From: an uncultured Gammaproteobacteria bacterium
GTDB taxonomy: Bacteria; Pseudomonadota; Gammaproteobacteria; DRLM01
Reading direction: 5' to 3'
Assembly (NCBI GenBank): GCA_963810615.1
Contig: CAWEOA010000001.1
Span: 119,297-183,296, forward strand
Length of the DNA stretch: 64,000 nucleotides
How positions within the stretch are numbered: position 1 is the stretch's first letter; the number at the start of each line of letters is the position of its first letter. This document shows, in pieces, positions 20,638-32,559 of this stretch. Made by a program: the position numbers and the translations under genes. The notes under the pieces were generated by a model that worked only from the letters and a program-made list of their open reading frames with translations, made no database searches and was not told where the DNA came from.

Positions 20638-23220
20638 TCACCGGCTGGGGTTTCCGTCTGCCAACTCTTTGAGTCGGTATAAGGTTTCCAAAGCTAGGCG
20701 CGGCGTCATGTCGTCGATGGCAACATCCGCCAGCGCAGTGAGTGCCGGGTGCTGGTGTGTAGCCGAAAACAGGTTCATTTGCTGCAACGGTGGCGCCGGC
20801 GTCTGTTGTCCGGCTTCCCGTTCCAGGAGGGACAAGCGCTGCTTTGCCTGCTCGATCACCGCGCGCGGTACGCCGGCCAGGGCCGCTACTTGCAAGCCGT
20901 AACTTTGGTTGGCCGGGCCTTCCTTTACCGCGTGGAGAAATACGATGCTGTCGCCGTGTTCCACGGCGTCGAGGTGGACATTGGCGACGCCTTCCAGGGA
21001 TTCGGCCAGGACGGTGAGTTCGAAATAATGGGTGGCGAACAAGGTGAAGGCCCGTATCTCGCGCACCAGGTGTTCGGCGCAGGCCCAGGCCAGGGAGAGG
21101 CCGTCGAAGGTACTGGTGCCGCGGCCGATCTCGTCCATGATCACCAGGCTGTAGGGCGTGGCGTTGTGCAGGATGTTGGCGGTCTCGGTCATTTCCACCA
21201 TGAAGGTGGAGCGCCCGGCGGCCAGGTCGTCGGAGGCGCCGATGCGGGTGAAGATGCGGTCGATGGGGCCGATGACGGCGCGTTGCGCCGGAACGAAGCT
21301 GCCGATGTGGGCCAGCAGGGCGATGAGGGCGGTCTGGCGCATGAAGGTGGATTTGCCGCCCATGTTGGGGCCGGTGATGATCAGCATGCGCCGTGCGTCG
21401 TGCAGTTCAAGGTCGTTGGGGACGAAGGGTGATTCCAGGGTCTGTTCCACCACCGGGTGACGGCCCGCAGTAATGTGCATGCCGCGGCGGTCCTGCAATG
21501 CGGGCTGGCAGAGATTCAAGGTGACGGCCCGCTCGGCGAGGTTGTTCACTATATCCAGTTCGGCCAGGGCGGCGGCGCTGGCCTGCAGGTGCGGCAGATC
21601 CGGCAACAATTTCTCCAGCAGTTCATCATATAGACCCTTTTCCCGGGCCAGGGCGCGTTCGCGGGCGCTGAGAACCTTGTCCTCATAGCTCTTGAGTTCC
21701 GGGGTGATGAAACGCTCCGCGCCTTTCAGCGTCTGGCGGCGGATATAATCGTCCGGGGCCTTTTCCGCCTGGCTGCGGCTGAGTTCGATATAAAAACCAT
21801 GGACGCGGTTGTAGTTGACCTTGAGGTTGGCGAGTCCGGTGCGGTCCCGTTCCCGCGCCTCCAGGTCCACCAGAAATTGTCCGGCGTTCTCGCTGAGATC
21901 GCGCAGTTCGTCCAGTTCGGCATCGTAACCTGGAGCGATGACGCCGCCGTCGCGGATGATCATCGGCGGATTGTCGCTGAGGGCACGCCGGAGCAGGCCG
22001 TGAATCTCGGGAAATTCGGCAATAGTGCCGCGCAGTTCGGCCAGGCGCGGCGACTCCACGGCGCTTAAAAATAGCTGCAGCTCGGGGAGGGTGGCCAGGG
22101 CATCCAGGAGCCGGGTCAGGTCACGGGGACGCGCGGATTTCAACGCCACCCGCGCCAGAATGCGTTCCATGTCACCGATGCGGCGCAACAGGGGGTGCAG
22201 CAATTCATGGGCGTGATTCTCCATCAGCGCCGCCACGCAGTGATAACGCCGGCGCAATGTCTCCTGATCGCGCAGCGGGCGATTCAGCCAGCGGCTGAGC
22301 AGGCGGCTGCCCATGGGCGTGGCGGTTCGATCGATACAGGACAGCAGGGTGTTTTCCGTGCCGCCGCTCAAGGTGATCTCCAGTTCCAGATTGCGGCGCG
22401 TGGCGGCATCCAGGAGCACCGCCTCGTCGCGCCGTTCCACGTGCAGGGCGCGGATATGGGGCAGGGCTGCCCGTTGCGTATCACGCGCATATTGCAGGAG
22501 ACAACCGGCGGCGCCGATGGCGGCACTCAGCCCCTCGCAGCCAAAGCCGCTCAAATCACGGGTACCCAGCTGGCTGATGAGTAAACGCGTCGCGCTGTCG
22601 GTCTCGAAATACCAGGGCGGCTGGCGGCGCACGCCGTCGCGTTCGGCCAGCAGCGGTGCATCGCTTAAGGCCTCACTCACCAGCAGCTCGGCGGGTCGCA
22701 GCCGTGCCAGTTCGTCGCGCACTGCGGCGCGCTCGTCCAATTCCATCACGGTGAAACGGCCGCTGCTGAGATCCAGCCAGGCCAGACCGTATTTTTTGTC
22801 GGTATGGTGGAGCGCGGCGAGGAGATTGTCGCGGCGTTCGTCGAGTAAGGCCTCTTCAGTGAGGGTGCCGGGCGTGACGACGCGCACCACTTGCCGTTCC
22901 ACCGGGCCTTTGCTCTTCGCCGGGTCGCCGATCTGTTCGCAGATGGCCACCGATTCTCCGGCCCGGACCAATTTGGCTAGATAGCCGTCCGCAGCGTGAT
23001 AGGGCACGCCGGCCATGGGGATGGGTTCGCCGGCAGATTGGCCGCGGGCGGTGAGGGTGATGTCCAGCAAGGCGGCGGCGCGGCGAGCATCATCGTAGAA
23101 CAGCTCATAGAAATCGCCCATGCGATAAAAGAGCAGCAGATCGGGGTGTTGGGCCTTGATGCGTAGAAATTGCTGCATCATGGGAGTGTGTTTTTCTACG
23201 TTGCCGCAAATGTCGTTCAT
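20638..23220 (-). CDS. mutS: DNA mismatch repair protein MutS
   Basis: [34 protein letters not shown]; start uncertain. Confidence 0.98.
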   Translation of the reverse strand: MNDICGNVEKHTPMMQQFLRIKAQHPDLLLFYRMGDFYELFYDDARRAAALLDITLTARGQSAGEPIPMAGVPYHAADGYLAKLVRAGESVAICEQIGDPAKSKGPVERQVVRVVTPGTLTEEALLDERRDNLLAALHHTDKKYGLAWLDLSSGRFTVMELDERAAVRDELARLRPAELLVSEALSDAPLLAERDGVRRQPPWYFETDSATRLLISQLGTRDLSGFGCEGLSAAIGAAGCLLQYARDTQRAALPHIRALHVERRDEAVLLDAATRRNLELEITLSGGTENTLLSCIDRTATPMGSRLLSRWLNRPLRDQETLRRRYHCVAALMENHAHELLHPLLRRIGDMERILARVALKSARPRDLTRLLDALATLPELQLFLSAVESPRLAELRGTIAEFPEIHGLLRRALSDNPPMIIRDGGVIAPGYDAELDELRDLSENAGQFLVDLEARERDRTGLANLKVNYNRVHGFYIELSRSQAEKAPDDYIRRQTLKGAERFITPELKSYEDKVLSARERALAREKGLYDELLEKLLPDLPHLQASAAALAELDIVNNLAERAVTLNLCQPALQDRRGMHITAGRHPVVEQTLESPFVPNDLELHDARRMLIITGPNMGGKSTFMRQTALIALLAHIGSFVPAQRAVIGPIDRIFTRIGASDDLAAGRSTFMVEMTETANILHNATPYSLVIMDEIGRGTSTFDGLSLAWACAEHLVREIRAFTLFATHYFELTVLAESLEGVANVHLDAVEHGDSIVFLHAVKEGPANQSYGLQVAALAGVPRAVIEQAKQRLSLLEREAGQQTPAPPLQQMNLFSATHQHPALTALADVAIDDMTPRLALETLYRLKELADGNPSR

Positions 23221-23503
23221 ATTGTCAGGATCGATTTTCTGGATGGTCTGTTTATGTGGGTGCCGCATCGAGTATTGGCGTGCCACGCTTAAATTCTTTG
23301 CTGGGCATTATCTCTAATCGGCCCGGTGCTCGCCACACGTCTTAGATTTTTAGGCGCACGAGGCCTCCGCTACAAAAAAGTTAAAACCTGCTTGACGTCC
23401 AGGACAGAGAATCTCCGTTCTTCGTTGTGCGGCCGCCGGAACAGGCGCATGGTCTCCAGATGCCTGGGTGAGTCGCCGCGCGCCTCCAGCCGGCGTAAGC
23501 GAC

Positions 23504-24322
23504 TTAGCGTTCAATCGGGGTGTCGGGATCATTACCCCATTCCGACCATGAGCCGGGATAGCCTCGGACGTGGTAACCCAGGCGCTTCAATACGATGTAG
23601 CTCAGGGCGGAACGGTGATGGGTCTGACAATAGACAACGACCGGTTTGTCGGCGGTGATACCCGCTTGTCGGTAGAGCGTCGCCAATTCCTCTTTGGGCT
23701 TGAGCCGCATATGGTGCTGCGGGTCGAGGGCGCGACTCCATTCGATGTTTACCGCGCCGGGAATATGGCCGCCGCGCCGTGCGCGTAGGTCCTGTCCTGC
23801 ATACTCCGCCGGGCTGCGGCAGTCCACCAAGCAGGTGTCCGCTTCTCCGAGGTGGGCAAGGATGTACTGTTTGTCGGCGATCGCTTCCTTGTTATTTAAG
23901 TGAGCCGTATAGGGCTGGGCGACCGTGGCGGTGGGCTGGATCTCGGTAGGATGATTTTCGTTGCGCCAGGCATTGAAGCCGCCATTGAGCAGTGAATAGC
24001 GATGATGACCCGCCACCTCCAGGGTCCATAAAAAGCGCGAGGCCCTGCCGCCGCCCTCGTTGTCGTAGGCCGCCACATGGCTGGTCTCGGTGAGGCCCAG
24101 GGAAGAGAATAATGCGCTGAGTTGGGTCGCTTCGGGTAGCAATCCCATCACCGGTGGCCTGGCGGCGATGACCCGCGCGTAGTCTATATGCGCCGCGCCG
24201 GGGATATGGGCTTGATGGTAGAACTGCGCTTTCGAAAGATCGACTACCAGGATCTGCTCGTCACCGAGAGCGGCCTGCAGCTCGTCCGGTTCAACGACGA
24301 GGGGCAGGCCGCTGTGCTTCAC
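23504..24322 (-). CDS. two-domain rhodanese/sulfurtransferase (RhdA-like)
   Basis: HIPGA twice, active-site loop YCQTHHRS, YPGSWSEW. Confidence 0.92.
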   Translation of the reverse strand: MKHSGLPLVVEPDELQAALGDEQILVVDLSKAQFYHQAHIPGAAHIDYARVIAARPPVMGLLPEATQLSALFSSLGLTETSHVAAYDNEGGGRASRFLWTLEVAGHHRYSLLNGGFNAWRNENHPTEIQPTATVAQPYTAHLNNKEAIADKQYILAHLGEADTCLVDCRSPAEYAGQDLRARRGGHIPGAVNIEWSRALDPQHHMRLKPKEELATLYRQAGITADKPVVVYCQTHHRSALSYIVLKRLGYHVRGYPGSWSEWGNDPDTPIER

Positions 24323-25203
24323 TGCGTTTCCTTGGGTGTCGGGCGGCGGGTGGTGAGTCGGCGCCGGGAGGCTCCCGCTGAGGTGTTGGTGTTGTCGGTA
24401 GCGGCTGGGGCTTGTAGCGCCGGGGTGAGGTGGGGCTGAATGACGGTGACCAATCCTTCAAAGACCCGCGCATTGCCCGTCACCACATTGCCGCTGGTGA
24501 AGAAGCTCGGGCCGCCGCGGAAGTCGCCGATAATGCCGCCCGCCTCTTGGATGAGGAGGATGCCGGCGGCCATGTCCCAAGGTTTGAGTCCTATCTCCCA
24601 AAAGCCATCCAGGCGGCCGGCGGCCACATAGGCCAGGTCCAGTGCGGCGGATCCGGCGCGGCGGATGCCGGCGGCGCGCGGCACCAAGGCCTTGAACATG
24701 CCGAGATAGGCATCAAGGTGGGTTTGATCCTTGAAGGGAAAACCGGTGCCGATGAGGGCGCCATCCACCCCCTTGGCCTTGCTGACCCGCAGGCGCCGGC
24801 CGTTCATTTGCGCGCCGGAGCCGTGGATGGCGGTGAAAAGCTCATCCCGCTGTGGGTCATAGACCACGGCCACTTCCATGCGCCCGTTGTGCTGCAGGGC
24901 GATGGATACGGCGAATTGCGGGAAGCCGTGCAGAAAATTGGTGGTGCCGTCCAAGGGGTCGATGATCCATACGGATTCATTGCTGCCTTGCCCGCCGCTT
25001 TCTTCCGCCAGGATGGCGTGGTGAGGATAGGCCTTATGGATGACCTGGATGATTTCCTGCTCGGCGCGGCGGTCCACCTCGGTGACGAAATCGTTGTAGC
25101 CTTTACTGTCTACCTGTAAGGTGTCAACCCGCTCGATGGCGCGGTTGATAAAACTGCCGGCCTTACGCGCGGCGGAAACGGCTATGTTCAATAATGCATG
25201 CAT
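24319..25203 (-). CDS. suhB: inositol monophosphatase / Nus factor SuhB
   Basis: WIIDPLDGTTNF, GSAALDL, WDMAAG; divergent from trmJ. Confidence 0.96.
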   Translation of the reverse strand: MHALLNIAVSAARKAGSFINRAIERVDTLQVDSKGYNDFVTEVDRRAEQEIIQVIHKAYPHHAILAEESGGQGSNESVWIIDPLDGTTNFLHGFPQFAVSIALQHNGRMEVAVVYDPQRDELFTAIHGSGAQMNGRRLRVSKAKGVDGALIGTGFPFKDQTHLDAYLGMFKALVPRAAGIRRAGSAALDLAYVAAGRLDGFWEIGLKPWDMAAGILLIQEAGGIIGDFRGGPSFFTSGNVVTGNARVFEGLVTVIQPHLTPALQAPAATDNTNTSAGASRRRLTTRRPTPKETQ

Positions 25204-25335
25204 GGATGTTCGCAGTCCGGAATGTCTTTACCGCCCTCGATGAAACTTGAGGGATGAGCAAAAGCGCTTAGGATAGCAAACTCGCCGCCGTGTAGGCAGG
25301 TAATTAGGGTAATCCATACGGGGCCAGAAAACTCA

Positions 25336-26076
25336 ATGCTGAAAAACATCCGCATCGTGCTGGTGGAAACCACCCATCCTGGAAATATCGGAGCGACGGC
25401 GCGCGCCATGAAGAACATGGGCTTGACGCGCCTGTCGCTGGTGAAACCCCAGCGTTATCCCAGTCATGAGGCCTCGGCGCGGGCCGCCGGGGCCGATGAT
25501 GTGCTGGCGGCGGCGCAGGTCTGCGAGTCCCTGGACCAGGCCCTGGAGGGTTGCGGTTTGGTATTCGGCGCCAGCGCCCGCAGCCGCAGCATCCCTTGGC
25601 CGCAACTCGACCCGCGCCAGGCGGCGGCCCGGGCGGTGCAGGCCAGTGCCGCGGGCGAGGTGGCCGTGGTCTTCGGCCGCGAACACGCCGGCCTCAGCAA
25701 TCTCGAGCTCGATCGCTGCAATTATCTGGTGAGCATCCCCACCGATCCGGAATTCGCTTCGCTCAATGTGGCGGCGGCGGCGCAAGTCCTGAGCTATGAG
25801 CTGCGCGTGGCAGCGCAGCAAGCGGCGCCGACGGCCGCGCACAATGAACCGCTGGCGTCGGCGGAGGAGCGGGAACGCTTTTACCAGCACCTTGAGCAGG
25901 TGCTGCTGGACCTGGAGTTTCTCAACCCCGATAACCCCAAGCATTTAATGCGGCGTCTGCGGCGTTTGTTCAATCGGGTAGAGCTGGACTGCAATGAGGT
26001 GAATATCCTGAGGGGAATTTTAACGGCGGTGGAGCGGCGCGGGATGGCGGGAAAGACCGGACAGTCTGAGTCATAA
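25336..26076 (+). CDS. trmJ: tRNA (C32/U32) 2'-O-methyltransferase
   Basis: HPGNIGATARAMKNMG, VFGRE, SLNVA. Confidence 0.95.
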   Translation: MLKNIRIVLVETTHPGNIGATARAMKNMGLTRLSLVKPQRYPSHEASARAAGADDVLAAAQVCESLDQALEGCGLVFGASARSRSIPWPQLDPRQAAARAVQASAAGEVAVVFGREHAGLSNLELDRCNYLVSIPTDPEFASLNVAAAAQVLSYELRVAAQQAAPTAAHNEPLASAEERERFYQHLEQVLLDLEFLNPDNPKHLMRRLRRLFNRVELDCNEVNILRGILTAVERRGMAGKTGQSES

Positions 26077-26172
26077 GCATCATGCTCGGTCGCCAGGCTT
26101 GTAAGGAGATGCCACGGCGATGACAAGACGTTAGTATAGTAAGCTCATTTCTCCATTGAATAGAAATTGAAT

Positions 26173-26973
26173 ATGTTTCAACGTCTACGTGAAGACATAG
26201 GCAGTGTTTTCGACCGTGATCCGGCGGCCCGCACCTTTTTCGAGGTGGTGACTACCTACCCGGGGGTGCACGCCGTCATCTTTTACCGCATGAGTCATGC
26301 ACTGTGGAATGCGCGGCTCAAATGGTTGGCGCGCTGGTTATCCACCTTGGCACGCTGGCTGACGGGCATCGAGATTCATCCTGCGGCCAAGATCGGGCGG
26401 CGTTTCTTTATCGATCACGGCATGGGGGTGGTGGTGGGGGAGACCGCGGAGATCGGCGACGATTGCACGCTCTATCACGGCGTGACCCTGGGCGGGACCA
26501 CCTGGAAAAAGGGCAAACGCCATCCCAGCCTGGGCGACGACGTGGTCGTGGGCGCGGGGGCCAAGGTGCTCGGTCCCATCACGATAGGCGCTGGTGCGCG
26601 CATCGGTTCCAACGCCGTGGTGGTAAAGGATGTCCCGCCGGGCGCCACCGTGGTGGGTATTCCCGGACGGGTGGTGAAGCAGGCGGCGGTCCCGGATGAA
26701 CACGATGAACGGCGCCGGGCCTTTGCCAAGAAGATCGGCTTCGATGCCTATGGTGCGTCCCAGGATATGCCCGACCCGGTAGCCAATGCCATAGACCGCA
26801 TGCTGGACCATATTCATGCCATGGACAGCAAGCTGGAGATGTTGTGCGATGCCCTGAAAAAGGCGGATATCGAGATCAAGGATATGCCCTTGCCTGAACT
26901 AAAATCCAACGAATTCAATGGGTCGTCGGATATTGTTGATGCGCAGCAAGCAAAGTCCTCCGGGGGAGAATAA
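26173..26973 (+). CDS. cysE: serine O-acetyltransferase
   Basis: [25 protein letters not shown] plus hexapeptide repeats. Confidence 0.96.
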   Translation: MFQRLREDIGSVFDRDPAARTFFEVVTTYPGVHAVIFYRMSHALWNARLKWLARWLSTLARWLTGIEIHPAAKIGRRFFIDHGMGVVVGETAEIGDDCTLYHGVTLGGTTWKKGKRHPSLGDDVVVGAGAKVLGPITIGAGARIGSNAVVVKDVPPGATVVGIPGRVVKQAAVPDEHDERRRAFAKKIGFDAYGASQDMPDPVANAIDRMLDHIHAMDSKLEMLCDALKKADIEIKDMPLPELKSNEFNGSSDIVDAQQAKSSGGE

Positions 26974-26977
26974 AACA

Positions 26978-27009
26978 GTAGTTGACGCCTAAACTAAGGC
27001 AAGTACAAT
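26978..27009 (+). promoter_or_regulatory. sigma70 promoter of iscR overlapping an imperfect IscR-like site
   Basis: TTGACG-N16-TACAAT; GTAGTTGAC...GGCAAGTAC arms resemble a type-1 IscR box but with a longer spacer. Confidence 0.5.
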
Positions 27010-27047
27010 AAACCGTACATCATATACGGCAATAGGAAGGGTGAACA

Positions 27048-27512
27048 ATGAGACTCACTACCAAAGGGCGTTATGCAGTTACCGCAATGCTTGATTTGGC
27101 CATTCATGCCACGGAGAGTCCGGTGCCGTTGGCGGATATCTCGCAACGCCAAGGTATATCTCTATCCTATTTGGAACAGCTCTTTGCGCGCCTGCGTCGC
27201 CAGGGCCTAGTCAAGAGTGCCCGAGGACCGGGCGGTGGTTACCGTTTAAACAGGATCCCGGACGACATCACCGTCGTGGAAGTCTTAAAAGCCATCGATG
27301 AAAAGATCGATGCAACCCGTTGCGGCGGAGAAGGTAACTGCCAGGAGGGTCATGCTTGTCTGACCCACGATTTATGGTGTGATCTCAGTAAGCAGATTTC
27401 AGATTTCCTCAGCGGTATCAGCCTCGGTGAGTTGGTGGAACGCAACTCGGTGAAGGAGATATCCGCCCGCCAGGAATCGGTGGTGAGAGTGCATCCCGTC
27501 GGCATGTCTTGA
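27048..27512 (+). CDS. iscR: Fe-S cluster assembly regulator IscR
   Basis: [21 protein letters not shown], three Cys and His ([16 protein letters not shown]). Confidence 0.96.
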   Translation: MRLTTKGRYAVTAMLDLAIHATESPVPLADISQRQGISLSYLEQLFARLRRQGLVKSARGPGGGYRLNRIPDDITVVEVLKAIDEKIDATRCGGEGNCQEGHACLTHDLWCDLSKQISDFLSGISLGELVERNSVKEISARQESVVRVHPVGMS

Positions 27513-27550
27513 TGACGTTTGGAGCAGGTGGGGAAGCCTGTTCCTGGGGT

Positions 27551-28702
27551 ATGAACATCTATCTCGATCACAACGCCACTACGCCGCTGGACCCAAGGGT
27601 ATGGGCGGCGATGGCGCCTTATCTGCGCGATCACTATGCCAATCCCTCCAGCATCCATAGCCCGGGCCGCATGGTACGTACCGCCGTCGATCAGGCGCGG
27701 GAGCAGGTGGCGTTCCTGGTCGAGGCCCATCCCTCACAAGTGATTTTTACCAGCGGCGGTACCGAGGCCAATAATCTTGCCCTGAAAGGTGTGATGCAGT
27801 GTTTCCCCGGGCAGCGTGTGGCGGTGAGCGCCATAGAACATGCCTCGGTCTTGCAGCCCGCCCGTGCCTTGGCTGAGCAGGGCTGGGGACTGGACGTCAT
27901 TGCCGTGGATGAGCTGGGGCGGGTAGCGGCGGCGGCCTTGCTGGCGGCCGTGACCCCTGAGACGCGCCTGATTTCGGTGATGAGCGCCAATAATGAAATC
28001 GGCGTCATTCAGGATATTGCAGTGCTCAGCGAAGCGGCCCGGCGTGCCGGGGTGATGATGCATACCGATGCGGTGCAGGCCGCAGGGAAGCTTCCCCTGG
28101 ATTTTCCCGCCAGCGGTGTCCAGCTTATGAGTTTGTCGGCGCACAAGATCTACGGTCCCAAAGGCGTCGGTGCCCTGGTCGTTGAGCGCGGCGTCGAACT
28201 ACAACCCTTGCTCCACGGTGGTGAGCACGAGCGGGGTTTGCGAGCCGGCACGGAGAACGTGGCCGGTATAGTGGGCTTCGGTATGGCCGCCGAGCTGGCG
28301 CACGCGGAAGTTGCGGGGCGCGCCGCGCACAGCCTGGAATTGCGCCGCCATTTCGAGCGTCGTGTACGAGATGATTTGCCCGAAGTTGTTGTCGTCGCGG
28401 AGCAGGCCGAGCGGTTGAGCAATACCGTGATGATATTGGTGCCGGGGATCGAAGGGGAGACCCTGTTGATGCATTTGGATCAGGCCGGTATCGCGATCTC
28501 CAGCGGCTCGGCCTGTTCGGCGGGCAACGCCGCCCCCAGTCATGTATTGGTGGCCTTGGGCCTGGTGGGGGATACCGGGCGCAGCGCCATCCGGGTCAGC
28601 TTCGGCCGGGATAACACCCTCGCGGAGGCGGATGCCTTAGTGGTCGCCTTGAGCGGCATGCTTAAACAGTTTCGCGGCATGTCGTTAACCGGTTGGGCGT
28701 GA
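27551..28702 (+). CDS. iscS: group I cysteine desulfurase (IscS/NifS-like)
   Basis: YLDHNATTP, FTSGGTE, SAHKIYGPKG, SSGSACS. Confidence 0.9.
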   Translation: MNIYLDHNATTPLDPRVWAAMAPYLRDHYANPSSIHSPGRMVRTAVDQAREQVAFLVEAHPSQVIFTSGGTEANNLALKGVMQCFPGQRVAVSAIEHASVLQPARALAEQGWGLDVIAVDELGRVAAAALLAAVTPETRLISVMSANNEIGVIQDIAVLSEAARRAGVMMHTDAVQAAGKLPLDFPASGVQLMSLSAHKIYGPKGVGALVVERGVELQPLLHGGEHERGLRAGTENVAGIVGFGMAAELAHAEVAGRAAHSLELRRHFERRVRDDLPEVVVVAEQAERLSNTVMILVPGIEGETLLMHLDQAGIAISSGSACSAGNAAPSHVLVALGLVGDTGRSAIRVSFGRDNTLAEADALVVALSGMLKQFRGMSLTGWA

Positions 28703-28777
28703 GGGTTGGCGCCGGAACCGGTTATAATTGCCGCGGTCTTATTGAGTAACGATTGCAAGAGTTTGAGGTAAATTATT

Positions 28778-29101
28778 ATGGGAGTTGCACTTACACCGTC
28801 GGCCGTCGAGTATGTCAGGGGCTTTCTTGCCCGGCGCGGCTCGGGAGAGGGTCTGCGGGTGGGGGTCAAGAAATCCGGCTGTTCCGGTTTTGCCTATGTG
28901 CTGGATTTCGCGGAAACCGTCAATCCCGATGATGTCGTCTATGAACAGGGCGGGGTCAAGGTGATCGTGGCGGCGGACAGTCTGTCTTACCTGGAGGGCA
29001 TGGAGCTGGATTATGTCCGGGAGGGACTCAATTCGTTTTTCAAGTTCAACAATCCCAACGTCAAAGACAGCTGCGGCTGCGGCGAGAGCTTCAGCGTATA
29101 G
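28778..29101 (+). CDS. iscA: A-type Fe-S carrier IscA
   Basis: GCSGFAY, CGCGESF. Confidence 0.93.
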   Translation: MGVALTPSAVEYVRGFLARRGSGEGLRVGVKKSGCSGFAYVLDFAETVNPDDVVYEQGGVKVIVAADSLSYLEGMELDYVREGLNSFFKFNNPNVKDSCGCGESFSV

Positions 29102-29237
29102 GCGTTGCCGGCGGCCGCGCCGGCGTTGATTCGCATTGCGGAACCTGCAGTAAGACGTTAAACTACCTGACCTTTTTTGCCTGAAATCCGCAGTGCGGAA
29201 TCCGTCTTTTTATTCATTTATGGTGTGGAGTATTTAA

Positions 29238-29669
29238 ATGGCCGTTGAGCATACCTTGTCTATTATCAAACCCGATGCCGTTGCCAAGAACGTTATCGGA
29301 GAAATCTATCGTCGTTTCGAGCAAGCCGGATTGAAGATTATCGCGGCCAAGATGCTGCACCTCAGCCGCGAACAGGCCGAGGCCTTCTATGCCGTGCATA
29401 AAGAGCGGCCGTTCTACAATGATCTGGTGAGCTTCATGATCTCGGGGCCGGTGATGGTGCAGGTCCTGGAAGGCGAAAACGCCGTGCTGCATCACCGCGA
29501 TGTCATGGGCGCGACCAATCCCGCCAATGCGGCGCCCGGGACCATCCGCGCCGATTTCGCCGCCAGCGTCGAGGAGAATGCGGTGCACGGCTCCGATGCG
29601 GCGGATACCGCCAAGCAAGAGATCGCCTTTTTCTTCGAGCCCAACGAAATTTGCGTGCGGACACGGTGA
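29238..29669 (+). CDS. ndk: nucleoside diphosphate kinase
   Basis: [22 protein letters not shown]. Confidence 0.98.
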   Translation: MAVEHTLSIIKPDAVAKNVIGEIYRRFEQAGLKIIAAKMLHLSREQAEAFYAVHKERPFYNDLVSFMISGPVMVQVLEGENAVLHHRDVMGATNPANAAPGTIRADFAASVEENAVHGSDAADTAKQEIAFFFEPNEICVRTR

Positions 29670-29675
29670 CGGCTT

Positions 29676-30785
29676 TTGAGTCTTAGCGTCGACAAGATCA
29701 ATCTGCTGAATTTCGATCGGCAGGCAATGGAGGCCTTCTTCACCGCTGCGGGGGAGAAGGCCTTTCGCGCTACACAGGTGTTGCAATGGATACATCAACG
29801 CGGTGTCGATGACTTCGCGGCCATGAGCAATCTGAGTATGGCGCTGCGCGCCCGCCTGCAGGAAACGGCGGAGATCCGTTTGCCGGAGCTGGTCATGGAA
29901 CAGGGTTCCCGTGACGGTACGCGCAAATGGCTGCTTAGATTGGACAGCGGCAATTGTATCGAAACGGTATTTATTCCCGAGACCGATCGCGGCACCCTGT
30001 GCGTCTCGTCGCAAGTGGGTTGTTCGCTGAACTGCAGTTTTTGTTCGACGGCGCAACAAGGGTTCAACCGCAATCTCACCGCGGCCGAGATCATCGGCCA
30101 GTTGCTCGTGGCCTACCGGGCCTTGGGCGATACCCCCAAGGGTGAACGACGCATCTCCAACGTGGTGTTGATGGGGATGGGCGAGCCGCTGTTGAATTTC
30201 GACAACGTGGTGCAGGCGATGAACATCATGACCGATGATTTCGCCTACGGACTGTCGAAGCGGCGAGTGACCTTGAGCACCGCGGGCATGGTGCCCATGA
30301 TCGACCGCCTGCGCGAGGTGTGTCATGTCAGCCTGGCGGTATCCCTGCATGCGCCTAATGACGCATTGCGCAACGAGCTCGTCCCCTTGAATAAAAAATA
30401 TCCCATCGCCGAGTTGATGGCGGCATGCAAGCGCTATGTGGCAGGCGCGCCGCATCGTAAAGTGACCTTCGAATATGTGATGCTGGACGGCGTCAATGAC
30501 AGTCCCGCCCATGCCCGGGAATTGGTGACGGTATTGGACGGTGTTCCCGCCAAGGTGAATTTGATCCCTTTCAATCCGTTTCCCAATACCTCATATAGCT
30601 GCTCGTCGCCGGCGGCGATCGCTGAATTCCGCCATATCGTGACGCACGCCGGACTGGTGACGGTCACCCGCAAGACCCGCGGTGACGATATCGATGCCGC
30701 CTGCGGTCAATTGGTGGGCAGGGTGAAGGATCGGACGCGCCGTTCTCAGCGCTTCGCGGTGAGCGAGGATCGGATAGCGCGATGA
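29676..30785 (+). CDS. rlmN: 23S rRNA/tRNA m2A methyltransferase RlmN
   Basis: [28 protein letters not shown]. Confidence 0.98.
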   Translation: MSLSVDKINLLNFDRQAMEAFFTAAGEKAFRATQVLQWIHQRGVDDFAAMSNLSMALRARLQETAEIRLPELVMEQGSRDGTRKWLLRLDSGNCIETVFIPETDRGTLCVSSQVGCSLNCSFCSTAQQGFNRNLTAAEIIGQLLVAYRALGDTPKGERRISNVVLMGMGEPLLNFDNVVQAMNIMTDDFAYGLSKRRVTLSTAGMVPMIDRLREVCHVSLAVSLHAPNDALRNELVPLNKKYPIAELMAACKRYVAGAPHRKVTFEYVMLDGVNDSPAHARELVTVLDGVPAKVNLIPFNPFPNTSYSCSSPAAIAEFRHIVTHAGLVTVTRKTRGDDIDAACGQLVGRVKDRTRRSQRFAVSEDRIAR

Positions 30786-31540
30786 GATGGTTGCAGTGGA
30801 CCTTGATCCTGGCGGTAATGGCGGCGGCGATGGGCTGCAGCACCACCGAGACCGGCGCATTGCAGAGTAACCCTAAGACCGCCGCCGACCTCAATGCCGA
30901 ACTCGGTCTCGCCTACATGGAGCAGGGCAATAATGAGGAGGCCCTGAAAAAACTGCAACACGCGTTGAAAATCAATCCGGATTCGGCCAACGCCAATCAT
31001 TACATCGCCGAGCTCTATAGGAAGCTGGGAAAAAATCGCGAAGCCGAGGAACACTACCGCAAGGCCTTATCCGTGGCCCCGTCGGATCCCATGCTGCTTA
31101 ATAATTACGGCGTATTCTTGTGCGGCCAGCACCGTTTGGACGAGGCGCTGAAGAAGTTCCTCGCCGCCGTCAAACAGCCCTTTTACAAGACACCCGAGGT
31201 GGCTTACGACAATGCGGGTTTATGCGCGCGACAAATCCCGGATATGGCCAAGGCCGAAGAATATTTCCGCAGCGCTCTGCGCTTGAATCCACGCATGCCC
31301 GATGCCCTGTATGAATTGGCCGACATCAACTTCCAGGAGCGGAAATATCTGCATGCCCGGGCCTTCGTACAGCGCTACATGGATGTCGCGACACCTAATC
31401 CGCAGATCTTATGGCTGGGGGTCAGGGTGGAACGCCAGCTAGGTGATCAGGCCGCCGCCGCGAGTTATGCCAAACAACTTAAAAAAAGATTTCCCACGGC
31501 TGAGGAAACCCTTTTATTGGAAGGACAAAAGGCGCCATGA
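30782..31540 (+). CDS. pilW: type IV pilus pilotin PilW/PilF (TPR lipoprotein)
   Basis: Lipobox AMGC, TPR repeats, NNYGVFLC; conserved synteny. Confidence 0.92.
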   Translation: MRWLQWTLILAVMAAAMGCSTTETGALQSNPKTAADLNAELGLAYMEQGNNEEALKKLQHALKINPDSANANHYIAELYRKLGKNREAEEHYRKALSVAPSDPMLLNNYGVFLCGQHRLDEALKKFLAAVKQPFYKTPEVAYDNAGLCARQIPDMAKAEEYFRSALRLNPRMPDALYELADINFQERKYLHARAFVQRYMDVATPNPQILWLGVRVERQLGDQAAAASYAKQLKKRFPTAEETLLLEGQKAP

Positions 31541-32448
31541 CAGAAGAGGCTGTCAACGATCACATCCCCGTCGAACCCGAACCCAAAGTGGGGCCGGGCC
31601 CCGCTTTGCGTGAGGCGCGCGAAGCGCGCAATTTCACACAGGAGGCGGTGGCCAAACAACTGCGTATCGATACCTCCCTGGTGCGTGCCTTGGAAGAGGA
31701 CGACTACAGTAAATTCGCGGCGCCTATTTTCGTGACTGGGCATCTGCGGACCTATGCTCGCTTGTTGGGGTTGCCGCCGGAAACCTTCATCGAGGCCTAT
31801 CAGAATCTGGGGACGGCAGCGGTGCCTTCTTTGGAGCGGGTCGCTCGTCTCGCCAATCAGCCGGAACCCAACGGCAATGCCCCGGTACCCCGTTGGGTGA
31901 TGTATCTGATGATAATAGCGGTGATGGGTATCGTGGGGTTCGTGTGGCGCTCCGAGGTGACGAAGTTATTGATGCCGATCATGGAATCGCCGTTTATGCC
32001 GGAAATGTCCGTGGAAGGCGTTCCGGGAAACGGCGGCAGCGCGGTACAACACTCGGACGGCACCGCTACGAAGCAAAGCTTATCCTTACCCAGCCTGCCC
32101 CAAGGAACGGTTAATCCGCCTGCCCCGCAGTCGGCGGCGCCCATGCCGGATACGAAGCAAGCACCCCCATCCCCACCCCAGGACCTGCCTCAAGCGCATC
32201 TCTCCCTCAAGGCGGAGAAGCCGTCCTGGGTGGAGGTCAAGGACGGGACCGGCAAGCGCTTGTTTTACGATTTGATGGTGCCGGGCGACGAGCAGACCCT
32301 GGACGGTGTGCCGCCGTTCGAGGTGCTGTTGGGCTATGCGCCGGGCGTGATCGTCGAATACAACGGCAAGCGGGTGGATCATTCCAGTTACACGCGTCAG
32401 GATATGGCGCGCTTCCGGGTGGGTGACAAGGGTACCAGCAGAAATTGA
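31537..32448 (+). CDS. rodZ: cytoskeleton protein RodZ
   Basis: N-terminal HTH (GHLRTYARLLG), one TM segment, C-terminal SWVEVKD domain. Confidence 0.9.
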   Translation: MTEEAVNDHIPVEPEPKVGPGPALREAREARNFTQEAVAKQLRIDTSLVRALEEDDYSKFAAPIFVTGHLRTYARLLGLPPETFIEAYQNLGTAAVPSLERVARLANQPEPNGNAPVPRWVMYLMIIAVMGIVGFVWRSEVTKLLMPIMESPFMPEMSVEGVPGNGGSAVQHSDGTATKQSLSLPSLPQGTVNPPAPQSAAPMPDTKQAPPSPPQDLPQAHLSLKAEKPSWVEVKDGTGKRLFYDLMVPGDEQTLDGVPPFEVLLGYAPGVIVEYNGKRVDHSSYTRQDMARFRVGDKGTSRN

Positions 32449-32559
32449 TGGAATAATCGGGCGGGGCGGGGCGCTTCGCCGCGCGGCGGATATGACGCTG
32501 CTATTTCGCATCGTTACTCAGTACAATATGGCGTTTATTTTCTCGGCCGAACTCGATAA

